Assembly: GCA_037137535.1 (NCBI GenBank)
Contig: JBAXKC010000034.1
Location: forward strand, 1 to 26,327
Direction: 5' to 3'
DNA: 26,327 nucleotides
Origin: a bacterium
GTDB taxonomy: Bacteria > Cyanobacteriota > Vampirovibrionia > Gastranaerophilales > JBAXKC01
This document shows positions 8,903 to 17,672 of the stretch, piece after piece (position 1 is the stretch's first letter; each line of letters begins with the position of its first letter). The position numbers were made by a program, and so were the translations under genes. The notes below the pieces were generated by a model, which made no database searches, was not told where the DNA came from, and saw only the letters and a program-made list of their open reading frames with translations.

Positions 8903-9994
8903 TTGAATAATCTGATAGCTTTTGAAAAATTAAATTCAATTGTTGAGATTGAGATAAATAAGTACAATGAGCAAAATATACCATTTTGTTTCGTTGTGAT
9001 TGAGTTTTTAGAACATTGCGACAAATTATTTTCTAAAGATGAAATTATCAGTTTATTTGTTAATGATCTTGATAGTTCACTTCGACCAAATCTTGATTTT
9101 TATACAGTTGATAAATCGGGTAGAGTAATAATAATGTTTTCTGAAATTGATTTTATCGAGGTTCAGGAACATTTAGAAAAAATATATATTCTTATCAATG
9201 AAATTTTTGGTTCAGCAATTAATTTTTGTTTATCTTTGTTAAGTTATCCTGAAGATGCTTTTTCTTATAAAGATTTAATGTTAAAAGCAAATGTTCAACT
9301 ATTGCGGGAAAAAGAGAAAAAAATTACATTTTGTCAGGATATCAAGTCGCTAAATGAAATAAAAATTAAGAGTTTATTAAAAAGAGAAAATGTTGATGTT
9401 AATACATTAATATTTGAAAAAACTCAAAAACTGGTATGTTCTTTAAAGGAATATGACAATTACTTTTATGAACACTCTTCAATTGTTGCTAGAGGTTCTG
9501 TGCTGCTTGCAAAAGAGGCCGGCTTGCCATGGGCAGAAGTGGAAAACGTTGCAGTTGCTTCTTTATTGCATGATATTGGCTATTTAATGATACCTAAGAC
9601 TGTTTTTCAAAAACAAGGTGAATTATCTCAAGATGATTGGATTCAAGTAAAATTGCATCCGTTAATTGCGGTTAAAAAAATACTTGAACCAATGGAAATA
9701 TTTGGCGATTATTTACAGATAATATTAGGGCACCATGAATTTATTGATGGAACAGGTTATCCGTATGGTTTAAAGGGAGATAAAATAAAAGCAGGCTCTC
9801 AAATTATTTCCATATTAGATTCGTTCCATGCAATGAGTGTAGATCGACCATATAGAAAAGCCTTGCCAATTGATCAGATTTTAGATGTTTATATTAAAAA
9901 AGCAGGTATAAAGTGGAATAGTGAATTAATTACCACTTTTTGCGCAATGATTTGCGATGAAGATACCAGATTTAATATTTTAAACACATATTAA
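8903..9994 (+). CDS. HD-GYP phosphodiesterase with degenerate N-terminal GGDEF-like domain
   Basis: EHSSIVA, LLHDIG, KLHP, GHHEFIDGTGYPYGL, DSFHAMSVDRPYR. N-terminal half ends SYPEDAFSYKDLMLKA like a GGDEF fold but has no GGDEF motif. TTG start. Confidence 0.88.
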   Translation: MNNLIAFEKLNSIVEIEINKYNEQNIPFCFVVIEFLEHCDKLFSKDEIISLFVNDLDSSLRPNLDFYTVDKSGRVIIMFSEIDFIEVQEHLEKIYILINEIFGSAINFCLSLLSYPEDAFSYKDLMLKANVQLLREKEKKITFCQDIKSLNEIKIKSLLKRENVDVNTLIFEKTQKLVCSLKEYDNYFYEHSSIVARGSVLLAKEAGLPWAEVENVAVASLLHDIGYLMIPKTVFQKQGELSQDDWIQVKLHPLIAVKKILEPMEIFGDYLQIILGHHEFIDGTGYPYGLKGDKIKAGSQIISILDSFHAMSVDRPYRKALPIDQILDVYIKKAGIKWNSELITTFCAMICDEDTRFNILNTY

Positions 9995-10017
9995 AATTTT
10001 TCATTATTTTATTTATT

Positions 10018-10052
10018 AAACACACAGTATTAGTCCTTTCTGCGTGTTTTTT
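10018..10052 (+). terminator. Probable intrinsic terminator
   Basis: AAACACACAG...CTGCGTGTTT followed by a T-run, downstream of the HD-GYP gene. Confidence 0.5.
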
Positions 10053-10190
10053 GGTTTGTTTTTTTAATCCACGGAAATGTAAACTTTTATTAAGAATAGT
10101 GCTTTCTTTTTAAAATATACGCAATATATACACCGTAAATGTTTTTTTAATAATAAGGGATAAAAATATTTTACTTGGGGGATAGTTTAT

Positions 10191-12104
10191 ATGAATTTTT
10201 ATGGAGCATCCAGTTATCAAGATCCGACTCTAGCCGCATTGAATGCAAAAACTAATGCAATGATGAATAACATTAATGGTTATAGTAATGCAGCACCATT
10301 AAATCCTGCATTATTTACTCCTCAAAATGCTGCTAATATGCAAGTTCCACAATTTGGTTCTTTTGGTTCTTACGGACAAAATCCTTTAATGCCTGGAACA
10401 TCTTTATTAAATCAAAATCAAACATTATCTTTTGGCGCTCAACCAAACATGTACGGTCAGCCAGGCATGCTTTCAGAAGAAAGATCTTGTGATATTGGTA
10501 AGGCTACTAGAGGTTTTACAAAAGGTGTAATTTTAAATCCTCTTAAAAATATGTTTGGAACACCAACTAAAGCTGCCATGACTTTGGGTACTATGGGTGT
10601 AGCAGCTGCGGCTTGTGCTTGTCCTTTAACTGCACCTGTTGCAATTCCTGTTTGTGCAGGTTTAGCTCTATGGAGTGGTATTCAAGGTGCAATTAAATTT
10701 GTTACCGGTGCAGGAAAAGCTGTAGAAGCAGCAGGTAAAGGTGATGGTCAAGAATTTGAAAAAGCGTTTGAAGATGTTGGTGAAGGTACATTTAATCTAG
10801 TCGGTGCTTATATGGCCAAAAAAGGTTTCGAAAAAACAACCGGCAAGGGACCTTTAGACATTTTAAAAGGTACTTGGGATGATGGAGTTAATGCTGTTAA
10901 AGGCATTAAAATGCCTAAGCCTGAAGTTAGCTGGAATCCTAAAAACTGGTTTAAATCTAATGCAGAGCCTGCTCCCGTGCAAACTAATACAACTCCAACT
11001 CCTAATGCAGCCTCTGTTGCATCAGAAACACCTGCTCCAGTAAATACTAATACAGCTTCTGTTGTATCAGAAACTCCAGCTCCAGTAAATACAAATACAG
11101 CCTCTGTCGCATCAGAAACAGCTACTCCAGTAAATACTAATACAGCTTCTGTCGCTTCAGAAACACCTACTCCAACTAATACCGCAGCAACCGCTAAGTC
11201 TACAACATCTGTAGAAACACCTGCAACACCAGAAGCGACACCTCCAGCCACACCAAAAGTTGAAGCTCCTGCTGCAAAAGCTGTAAATGCAAATCCTGCT
11301 GCGAAACAACAATTAGGTGAAATTAAAGCTGAAATGGCTGAGATTAGAACAACTAGATCTAATCTTTTACAAGAGATTAAAAATAATAAAAACTTAACTA
11401 AAGATCAGATTGTAAGCTATAGAAATCAATTAAATGCTTATAAAAACAGATATGAAAATTTAGCTGCAAAGCAAAATGAGGTTCTTCAGCAGATTCCACA
11501 AGAATTAGCTCCTCCATCTGGAACATTGCAAAATATTATAAGTAAAGCTCCAAATCCAGTTAAAAATACAATTAATAGAGCTATAGAGTTTGTTAATGCT
11601 AAAAAACAACAATTTAATGCACCAAAGAGTGAAGCTCCTGTTAATAATAATGCAGAGATTGCAAATCAGTTCAATGACCCTAAATATGCACCTCAAGAGC
11701 CTGTTAATCAAAACGGAGCTATTATGAACAAAAATGGTGAAGTTTTGGCAGGTGGTAATAATTCAGTTAATACAACTTCTGAACTACCAGTTAATCAAGG
11801 CGGTCAACAAAACGCAGTAATTATGGACAAAAATGGTGAAGTTTTGGCAGGTGGTCCAAGAACAAATGATAAAACTTTATTAACAGGTAATTTCAATAAA
11901 GACTTTGGTACTTACTTTAATATCAACAAAAATAACCAAATCGGTATGTACACTGATCCTTCCGCCGCTCATAAACAAATGCTCGAAGAAGTTAAAGCAC
12001 AAGTTGCAGCAGGTGCTATAAGCCCAGCGCAGTTACCGCCTGAACTTCAACAACAAATAGGCGCACTTTATGGACAACAGGAACAATTTAAACAATTAAG
12101 TTAA
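10191..12104 (+). CDS. Hypothetical low-complexity protein with hydrophobic hairpin, Pro/Thr repeats and coiled coil
   Basis: 637-aa ORF with SD GGGGGA. N/Q/P/G-rich N-terminus; hydrophobic MGVAAAACACPLTAPVAIPVCAGLALWSGI; repeat stalk; coiled coil QQLGEIKAEMAEIR..YENLAAKQNEVLQQ. Confidence 0.75.
   Translation: MNFYGASSYQDPTLAALNAKTNAMMNNINGYSNAAPLNPALFTPQNAANMQVPQFGSFGSYGQNPLMPGTSLLNQNQTLSFGAQPNMYGQPGMLSEERSCDIGKATRGFTKGVILNPLKNMFGTPTKAAMTLGTMGVAAAACACPLTAPVAIPVCAGLALWSGIQGAIKFVTGAGKAVEAAGKGDGQEFEKAFEDVGEGTFNLVGAYMAKKGFEKTTGKGPLDILKGTWDDGVNAVKGIKMPKPEVSWNPKNWFKSNAEPAPVQTNTTPTPNAASVASETPAPVNTNTASVVSETPAPVNTNTASVASETATPVNTNTASVASETPTPTNTAATAKSTTSVETPATPEATPPATPKVEAPAAKAVNANPAAKQQLGEIKAEMAEIRTTRSNLLQEIKNNKNLTKDQIVSYRNQLNAYKNRYENLAAKQNEVLQQIPQELAPPSGTLQNIISKAPNPVKNTINRAIEFVNAKKQQFNAPKSEAPVNNNAEIANQFNDPKYAPQEPVNQNGAIMNKNGEVLAGGNNSVNTTSELPVNQGGQQNAVIMDKNGEVLAGGPRTNDKTLLTGNFNKDFGTYFNINKNNQIGMYTDPSAAHKQMLEEVKAQVAAGAISPAQLPPELQQQIGALYGQQEQFKQLS
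11010..11183 (+). repeat. Coding tandem repeat, 45-bp unit (ASVASETPAPVNTNT), ~4 copies
   Basis: Units start at 11010, 11055, 11100 and 11145, differing by synonymous and few amino-acid changes. Confidence 0.9.
11721..11855 (+). repeat. Coding direct repeat IM(N/D)KNGEVLAGG x2
   Basis: 36-bp copies at 11721-11756 and 11820-11855 with one mismatch. Confidence 0.85.
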
Positions 12105-12128
12105 GCAAATGATCTAAGTAGTAAAATT

Positions 12129-12154
12129 AATCCCCCTTATCGCTAAGGGGGATT
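12129..12154. terminator. Bidirectional terminator hairpin
   Basis: AATCCCCCTTA-TCGC-TAAGGGGGATT perfect 11-bp stem between convergent genes. Confidence 0.85.
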
Positions 12155-12162
12155 GTGCGTTT

Positions 12163-12741
12163 TTATGCAAGTATAGGTTTAGGGCGACTTCCAGGTTTAT
12201 TAATTTTTATATTTTGTTGGCACATTGGGCAGTTTTTTTGGTTAAATAATTCAGGGGCAATTTTTACTATGGATTTTATTTCCAGTCCACTTTCTCCGTT
12301 TGAACGGTCAACTATGCAACCATATCCGATAACATTGCCGCCTAGAGATTTAACTAAGTTTGCAGTTTCAATTGCTGATTTAGCAGTTGTGATTACGTCT
12401 TCAATAATTAAGACTTTTTCGTTTTCTTTAATTTCAAAGCCTCTTCTTATTAATAATTCGCTGTCTTTTCTTTCTGCAAAAATGGCTCTTTTTTTCAAAG
12501 CTCTACCGACTTCATAGGCTATAACAACACCGCCAAGTGCTGGCCCTACGACAATATCAATTTCTTCCGCATTAAATTGTTCTGCTATTTTTTTTGCGAC
12601 AATTTCAGCTTTATCAGGATATTGTAAAAGTTTTGCACATTGAAAATATTGATTACTATGAAAACCCGAACTTAGTTCAAAGTGTCCTTCAAGCATTGCT
12701 TCTGTTTCCGTTAATAATTTTATGAAATCAAAGTTTGTCAT
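12163..12741 (-). CDS. pyrE: Orotate phosphoribosyltransferase
   Basis: GHFELSSGFHSNQYFQC, VVGPALGG, FAERK, PRPP loop VLIIEDVITT. Confidence 0.95.
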   Translation of the reverse strand: MTNFDFIKLLTETEAMLEGHFELSSGFHSNQYFQCAKLLQYPDKAEIVAKKIAEQFNAEEIDIVVGPALGGVVIAYEVGRALKKRAIFAERKDSELLIRRGFEIKENEKVLIIEDVITTAKSAIETANLVKSLGGNVIGYGCIVDRSNGESGLEIKSIVKIAPELFNQKNCPMCQQNIKINKPGSRPKPILA

Positions 12742-12745
12742 TGTA

Positions 12746-13663
12746 TTATTCCTTTATTAAATCTACAAAACTATTTATATTATTTTCTTTGAGATATTTA
12801 TCAAGCTGATTAATTAATGTTTCCGCTATATTTGGATGTGTAAAATTTGCAGTCCCTATTTGTATTGCTGAACAACCTACTGCTAAAAACTCTAAAACGT
12901 CCTCTAAACAGCTTATTCCACCCATGCCTATTATTGGAATATTAACAACCTGTTTAATTTCATAAATATAGCTTAAAGCCACAGGTTTTATGCAATTCCC
13001 TGAAAGACCGCCTTTCACAAAGCTAAAGTCAAGTTTTCCATCACTTATTATTGGTTTTACGCTCATTCCTTTTAATGTATTTATGGCGGATATTGCATCA
13101 CTTCCTGATTTTTCGCAAATAACCGCTATTTCTTGAGGTGAAGAAACATTAGGGCTTAATTTCGTAATAATACAGCCGTCAAACGAACTTCTTACTCGTT
13201 CTATTAGTTTTGATAAAGCTATTGGATCTTTTCCGAATTCCAGACATCCTTCTTTTACATTTGGGCATGATACGTTTAATTCAATGGCTTTTACACCGTT
13301 GTCATTACAGATTTTTGCAACTTCTGAATATTCTTCAAGGCTTGTCCCTGCAATATTTACAATAAAATTAATATTTTTATCGTTTAAAATTGGCAACTTG
13401 GATTCTATAAATTCATAAATTCCTACATTTTCCAACCCAATGCTATTTATCATTCCATTAGTAACTTCTTTTATTCTCGGGTGAGGATTCCCCTTTTTAG
13501 GTGTTAATGTTATTGCTTTTGTTAGAATTGCACCTATTTCTGATACATCAAGAAAGTCTTCATATTCATTATTATATCCATATGTCCCTGAAGCCATCAT
13601 TATGGGGTTTTTAAGTTTAAATCCGCCAATATTAAGACTTAAATCAGTTTTTGTTAATTCCAT
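12746..13663 (-). CDS. pyrD: Dihydroorotate dehydrogenase 1B catalytic subunit
   Basis: LKNPIMMASGT, GNPHPRI, NSIGLEN, ELNVSCPN, KLSPN, INT, GGLSG, IIGMGGI. Confidence 0.95.
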   Translation of the reverse strand: MELTKTDLSLNIGGFKLKNPIMMASGTYGYNNEYEDFLDVSEIGAILTKAITLTPKKGNPHPRIKEVTNGMINSIGLENVGIYEFIESKLPILNDKNINFIVNIAGTSLEEYSEVAKICNDNGVKAIELNVSCPNVKEGCLEFGKDPIALSKLIERVRSSFDGCIITKLSPNVSSPQEIAVICEKSGSDAISAINTLKGMSVKPIISDGKLDFSFVKGGLSGNCIKPVALSYIYEIKQVVNIPIIGMGGISCLEDVLEFLAVGCSAIQIGTANFTHPNIAETLINQLDKYLKENNINSFVDLIKE

Positions 13664-14415
13664 ATAACTTTCCTCCCGTCAAATACAGGCCCGTCTTTGC
13701 AAATTCTTTTATTTACAAGTCCGTCTTCCTCAATAATCTCAACAATACAGCCCATACAAGCCCCGACTCCACAAGCAAAATCACGTTCTAAAGCTGTTTC
13801 TATTTGCAGATTATATTTTTTAGCTAATTTTACAGCTGTTTCCATTACTATTTTAGGTCCGCATGTGTATATAATTTTAGGATTGTATTCTATTATTTCT
13901 TGTTCAAGATTATCTAAAACAGAACCTTTTAACCCTGAGCTTCCATCATTTGTGTAGAGTGTTGAGTTTTTGGGCAGTAAATCAGTTATATTAGTCTGTA
14001 ATCCTGCAATTATTTTGTTATCTATACCTTTTTCGCTAAGTTTTTCAGATAAAAATTTAATAGGAGCAACGCCAACGCCTGCTCCTATTAATAAAGATTT
14101 ATGGTTATTTATGCTAAAACTGTTTCCTAATGCGCCTATGAAGTCAACCTTATCATTAGGGCGAAGTTCTGACATATAAATTGTTCCATCGCCTTTAACT
14201 TTATATAGGATTTCTAGTTTATTGTATTTGAATCCTGCAATGCTAAACGGTCGTCTTAAAGTTTTCCCTTCGCATAAAATTGATATAAAATTACCGGGAT
14301 TTACTTCTTCCAGGTCTGCAACCAGCTCTAATCTATAAATATCATCGGATAATTTAGTATTTTGTATAACCTTAGCTTTGTGAATTTTGGTTGGTTTTAC
14401 TTTTAATAACTGCAT
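13654..14415 (-). CDS. pyrK: Dihydroorotate dehydrogenase electron transfer subunit
   Basis: LRRPFSI, GAGVGVAP, CGP, [2Fe-2S] motif CGVGACMGC...RICKDGPVF. SD GGAGG. Confidence 0.95.
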   Translation of the reverse strand: MQLLKVKPTKIHKAKVIQNTKLSDDIYRLELVADLEEVNPGNFISILCEGKTLRRPFSIAGFKYNKLEILYKVKGDGTIYMSELRPNDKVDFIGALGNSFSINNHKSLLIGAGVGVAPIKFLSEKLSEKGIDNKIIAGLQTNITDLLPKNSTLYTNDGSSGLKGSVLDNLEQEIIEYNPKIIYTCGPKIVMETAVKLAKKYNLQIETALERDFACGVGACMGCIVEIIEEDGLVNKRICKDGPVFDGRKVIWN

Positions 14416-14424
14416 TTTTCCTCC

Positions 14425-14453
14425 AAAAAAAATCCCCGATAAATTCAGGGATT
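14425..14453 (-). terminator. Leader (attenuator) terminator upstream of pyrK
   Basis: Minus strand AATCCCTGA-ATTTA-TCGGGGATT-TTTTTT, immediately followed by the pyrK SD GGAGG. Confidence 0.8.
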
Positions 14454-14535
14454 AAATATTAATTGAATAATTGAAATATAAATGAAAACTTTTGCTTAAG
14501 CTCAGTATTAAATATTGCTTCAAAGGAGTTTTCAT
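14452..14535 (-). CDS. Putative pyr leader peptide, 27 aa (MKTPLKQYLILSLSKSFHLYFNYSINI)
   Basis: ATG at 14535; TAA at 14454-14452 overlaps the 5' arm of the terminator. U-rich codons; weak SD. Confidence 0.45.
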   Translation of the reverse strand: MKTPLKQYLILSLSKSFHLYFNYSINI

Positions 14536-14575
14536 TATAAAAAATTTCTTTCGTTTGTTTAATCAAATTGTATAA

Positions 14576-14604
14576 AATTTACCTTACTTAGAGCTTTATG
14601 TCAA
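14576..14604 (-). promoter_or_regulatory. Sigma-70 promoter of the pyrKDE operon
   Basis: Minus strand TTGACA-17 nt-TAAATT. Confidence 0.7.
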
Positions 14605-14738
14605 GACTAATTGGTTGGTTATAGAAACTTATGATGTATAAAAATATTAATTTTTCCTTTAGAAAATTCATATTTTGCTATTTTGCTGATATACATATAG
14701 TAGATAGAAAAATTTTTTATATTTACGAGGAGAAAACT

Positions 14739-16565
14739 ATGGCTAAGACAATTGGTATAGATTTGGGGACAACAAACTCAGTTGTAGCAGTAATGGAAGG
14801 TGGAAAACCAACCGTAATCGCTAACGCTGAAGGCAGTCGTACAACCCCTTCTATCGTTGCTTTCACAAAAACAGGCGAAAGACTTGTTGGACAACTTGCT
14901 AAAAGACAAGCAATTTTAAACCACGAAAGAACAATCAGCAGTATCAAAAGACACATGGGTACTGATTACAAAAAAGATATTGATGGGAAAAATCTTACTG
15001 CACAAGAAATCAGTTCTATGATTCTTAGAAAATTAGCTGATGATGCTTCAAAATATCTTGGCGAAAAAGTAACATCTGCAGTAATTACTGTTCCTGCTTA
15101 CTTTAATGACAGTCAAAGACAAGCAACAAAAGATGCAGGTAAAATCGCTGGTCTTGATGTTTTAAGAATCGTAAACGAACCAACCGCAGCTGCTTTAGCT
15201 TATGGTCTTGATAAAAAATCAAACGAAAAAGTTCTCGTATTCGATTTAGGTGGCGGTACTTTTGACGTAAGTATTCTTGAAGTTGGTGACGGTGTTTTTG
15301 AAGTTCTTTCAACAAACGGCGACACACACCTTGGTGGTGATGACTTTGATGAAAAAGTTATGGACTGGTTAGTTGATGAGTTCAAAAAACAAGAAGGTAT
15401 CGATCTTAGAAACGATAAACAAGCTATGCAACGTTTGAAAGAAGCTGCTGAAAAAGCAAAATGTGAACTTTCTACCGTTCTTGAAACACATATAAGCTTA
15501 CCGTTCATTACAGCTGATGCTAATGGACCTAAGCACTTAGAAATGACTCTTACAAGAGCAAAATTTGAAGATTTATCACATGATTTACTTCAAAGAAGCA
15601 GAAAACCTGTTGAAAATGCTTTAACTGATGCTAAACTTTCAGCTTCTGAAATTGATGAAGTTGTATTAGTCGGTGGTTCAACTAGAATTCCTGCTGTTCA
15701 AAGAATTGTAAAAGAAGTAACAGGAAAAGATCCTAATCAAGGTGTAAACCCTGATGAAGTAGTTGCTGTTGGTGCTGCTATTCAAGCTAGTATCCTTGCA
15801 GGTGAAATTAAAGACGTAGTTCTTCTTGACGTTACTCCTTTAACTCTTGGTATTGAAACACTTGGTGGTGTTATGACGGCTTTAGTTCCTAGAAATACAA
15901 CTATTCCTGTAAGCAAGAGCCAAGTTTTCTCAACTGCTGATGATAACCAGACAGCTGTTGATATTCAAGTTCTTCAAGGTGAAAGACCAATGGGAAGAGA
16001 CAACAAGTCTTTAGGTATGTTCAGACTTGATGGTATTCCACCAGCTCCTAGAGGACTTCCTCAAGTTGAAGTAACTTTTGATATTGATGCTAACGGTATT
16101 GTAAACGTAAGCGCAAAAGACAAAGCTACCAACAAAGTTCAGCATATTACCATTACAGGTACATCTAATCTTGATAAAGGTGAAATTGACAAGATGGTTC
16201 ACGAAGCTGAAGCTCATGCTGAAGAAGATAAAAAGAAAAAAGAAGAAGCTGAAATTAAAAATAATGCTACAAGTCTTGTTAACTCAGCAGAAAGAATTGT
16301 TAAAGATTTAGAAGGCAAAATTTCTGAAGATGACAAGAAAAAACTTGAAGAGCAGAAAACAGAACTTGAAAAAGCTGTAAAAGATGAAGCTTCACTTGAT
16401 CAAATTAAATCTCTTTCAGAAAAACTTCAAGAAACTATGTATGCTATTTCTTCAGCTGCATATCAGCAAGCTTCTGAGCAGCAAGCTGCTGAAGGTTCAG
16501 AAGGAGCACATTCAGAAGAGAAATCATCTGATGATGATGTTATTGATGCTGAATATTCAAAGTAG
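14739..16565 (+). CDS. dnaK: Chaperone DnaK (Hsp70)
   Basis: [42 protein letters not shown]. True start ATG 14739 after SD GAGGAG (the ORF-track start at 14631 is an extension). Confidence 0.98.
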   Translation: MAKTIGIDLGTTNSVVAVMEGGKPTVIANAEGSRTTPSIVAFTKTGERLVGQLAKRQAILNHERTISSIKRHMGTDYKKDIDGKNLTAQEISSMILRKLADDASKYLGEKVTSAVITVPAYFNDSQRQATKDAGKIAGLDVLRIVNEPTAAALAYGLDKKSNEKVLVFDLGGGTFDVSILEVGDGVFEVLSTNGDTHLGGDDFDEKVMDWLVDEFKKQEGIDLRNDKQAMQRLKEAAEKAKCELSTVLETHISLPFITADANGPKHLEMTLTRAKFEDLSHDLLQRSRKPVENALTDAKLSASEIDEVVLVGGSTRIPAVQRIVKEVTGKDPNQGVNPDEVVAVGAAIQASILAGEIKDVVLLDVTPLTLGIETLGGVMTALVPRNTTIPVSKSQVFSTADDNQTAVDIQVLQGERPMGRDNKSLGMFRLDGIPPAPRGLPQVEVTFDIDANGIVNVSAKDKATNKVQHITITGTSNLDKGEIDKMVHEAEAHAEEDKKKKEEAEIKNNATSLVNSAERIVKDLEGKISEDDKKKLEEQKTELEKAVKDEASLDQIKSLSEKLQETMYAISSAAYQQASEQQAAEGSEGAHSEEKSSDDDVIDAEYSK

Positions 16566-16592
16566 AAACTTAATATTTATATAAGTAAAATT

Positions 16593-16626
16593 GAGCCTGT
16601 TATTTATTTAGCAGGTTCTTTTTTTT
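16593..16626 (+). terminator. Intrinsic terminator of dnaK
   Basis: GAGCCTGTTA...TAGCAGGTTC followed by T8. Confidence 0.75.
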
Positions 16627-16640
16627 GTTATAATTTTATT

Positions 16641-17672
16641 ATGATGAAATTAGATTTAACCAATTTAAGTTTGTTTGAATTATTTCCTGATGCTGTTCTT
16701 CTTGTGGACAGTAATTTCAGAATTATTTATATAAATTCTTTAATGGATAATATTTTAGGTGATGATTTATGCCTTAATGGTTTAAAATTAAATGACTTAA
16801 TGCCTGAATTGGATTTATCAAATGATAAAAACGAATTATTAACAAAGCTCGTTCGTGAAAATTCTGAAAATATGCTTATTAGAGTTAAATATTCAAAATT
16901 AGATGGCGGTTATTGTCTTTTTTCGATAATACCTTTGCAGGAACTTTCTTCTTTAAGTCAGGCTCATTCTGATTTTGTCAGTACAGTCAGTCATGAGCTG
17001 AGGACACCTTTAACAAGTTTAAAAGGTTTTGTTGATACTCTGATTAATTCGGGAAACCGATTATCTGAAGAACAAAAGTCACGATTTTTATATATTATTA
17101 AATCTCAGATTGAACGACTAAATAGGTTAGTTGAGAATTTGCTTACAGTTTCTCGCTTGGAGTCAAGTGTAGATAAGCCAATTCTAAAATCGGTTAATTT
17201 TGATAAATTTATAGATAATATTATTCAAACCATTAAAATTAATGCAAATGAACATATTTTTATAAAAAAGATTAATAAAAATTTACCTGATTTGTTTGTC
17301 GATTCAGATAAGCTTGAGCAAATTTTTGTTAATTTAATCGATAATGCTGTTAAATATTCTTATCCAAAATCAGAAATAATTATTAATGCTGATTTATATG
17401 ATAATGAATTTATCCGCATAGATATTGAGGATAATGGTGTAGGCATTCCTTTAGATAAAATAAAAACAATATTTACTAAATTTTCAAGGATTGATAATCC
17501 TATGACAAGACAAGTTCAAGGTACGGGATTGGGATTGTATATTACAAAAACATTAGTCGAAAGTTTAGGTGGAAAGATATTTGCATCTAATAAAGAAAAT
17601 GGTACAGTATTTAGTGTTCTTTTACCTATGGCAAGCTCGGAAAATATACTTAAAAGGGATAGGGTATGTTAA
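16641..17672 (+). CDS. Cytoplasmic PAS-HisKA-HATPase sensor histidine kinase
   Basis: H-box VSHELRTPLT, N-box NLIDNAVKY, G1 DNGVGI, F IFTKFSR, G2 GTGLGL. N-terminal PAS-like FPDAVLLVD..IIYIN; no TM segment. Confidence 0.93.
   Translation: MMKLDLTNLSLFELFPDAVLLVDSNFRIIYINSLMDNILGDDLCLNGLKLNDLMPELDLSNDKNELLTKLVRENSENMLIRVKYSKLDGGYCLFSIIPLQELSSLSQAHSDFVSTVSHELRTPLTSLKGFVDTLINSGNRLSEEQKSRFLYIIKSQIERLNRLVENLLTVSRLESSVDKPILKSVNFDKFIDNIIQTIKINANEHIFIKKINKNLPDLFVDSDKLEQIFVNLIDNAVKYSYPKSEIIINADLYDNEFIRIDIEDNGVGIPLDKIKTIFTKFSRIDNPMTRQVQGTGLGLYITKTLVESLGGKIFASNKENGTVFSVLLPMASSENILKRDRVC

Noticed and set aside
11010-11183. Tandem repeats as a possible CRISPR array
   Set aside because: In-frame coding repeats without unique spacers; no cas genes
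14631-14738. N-terminal extension of DnaK in the ORF track
   Set aside because: SD GAGGAG and the conserved [10 protein letters not shown] start place initiation at 14739
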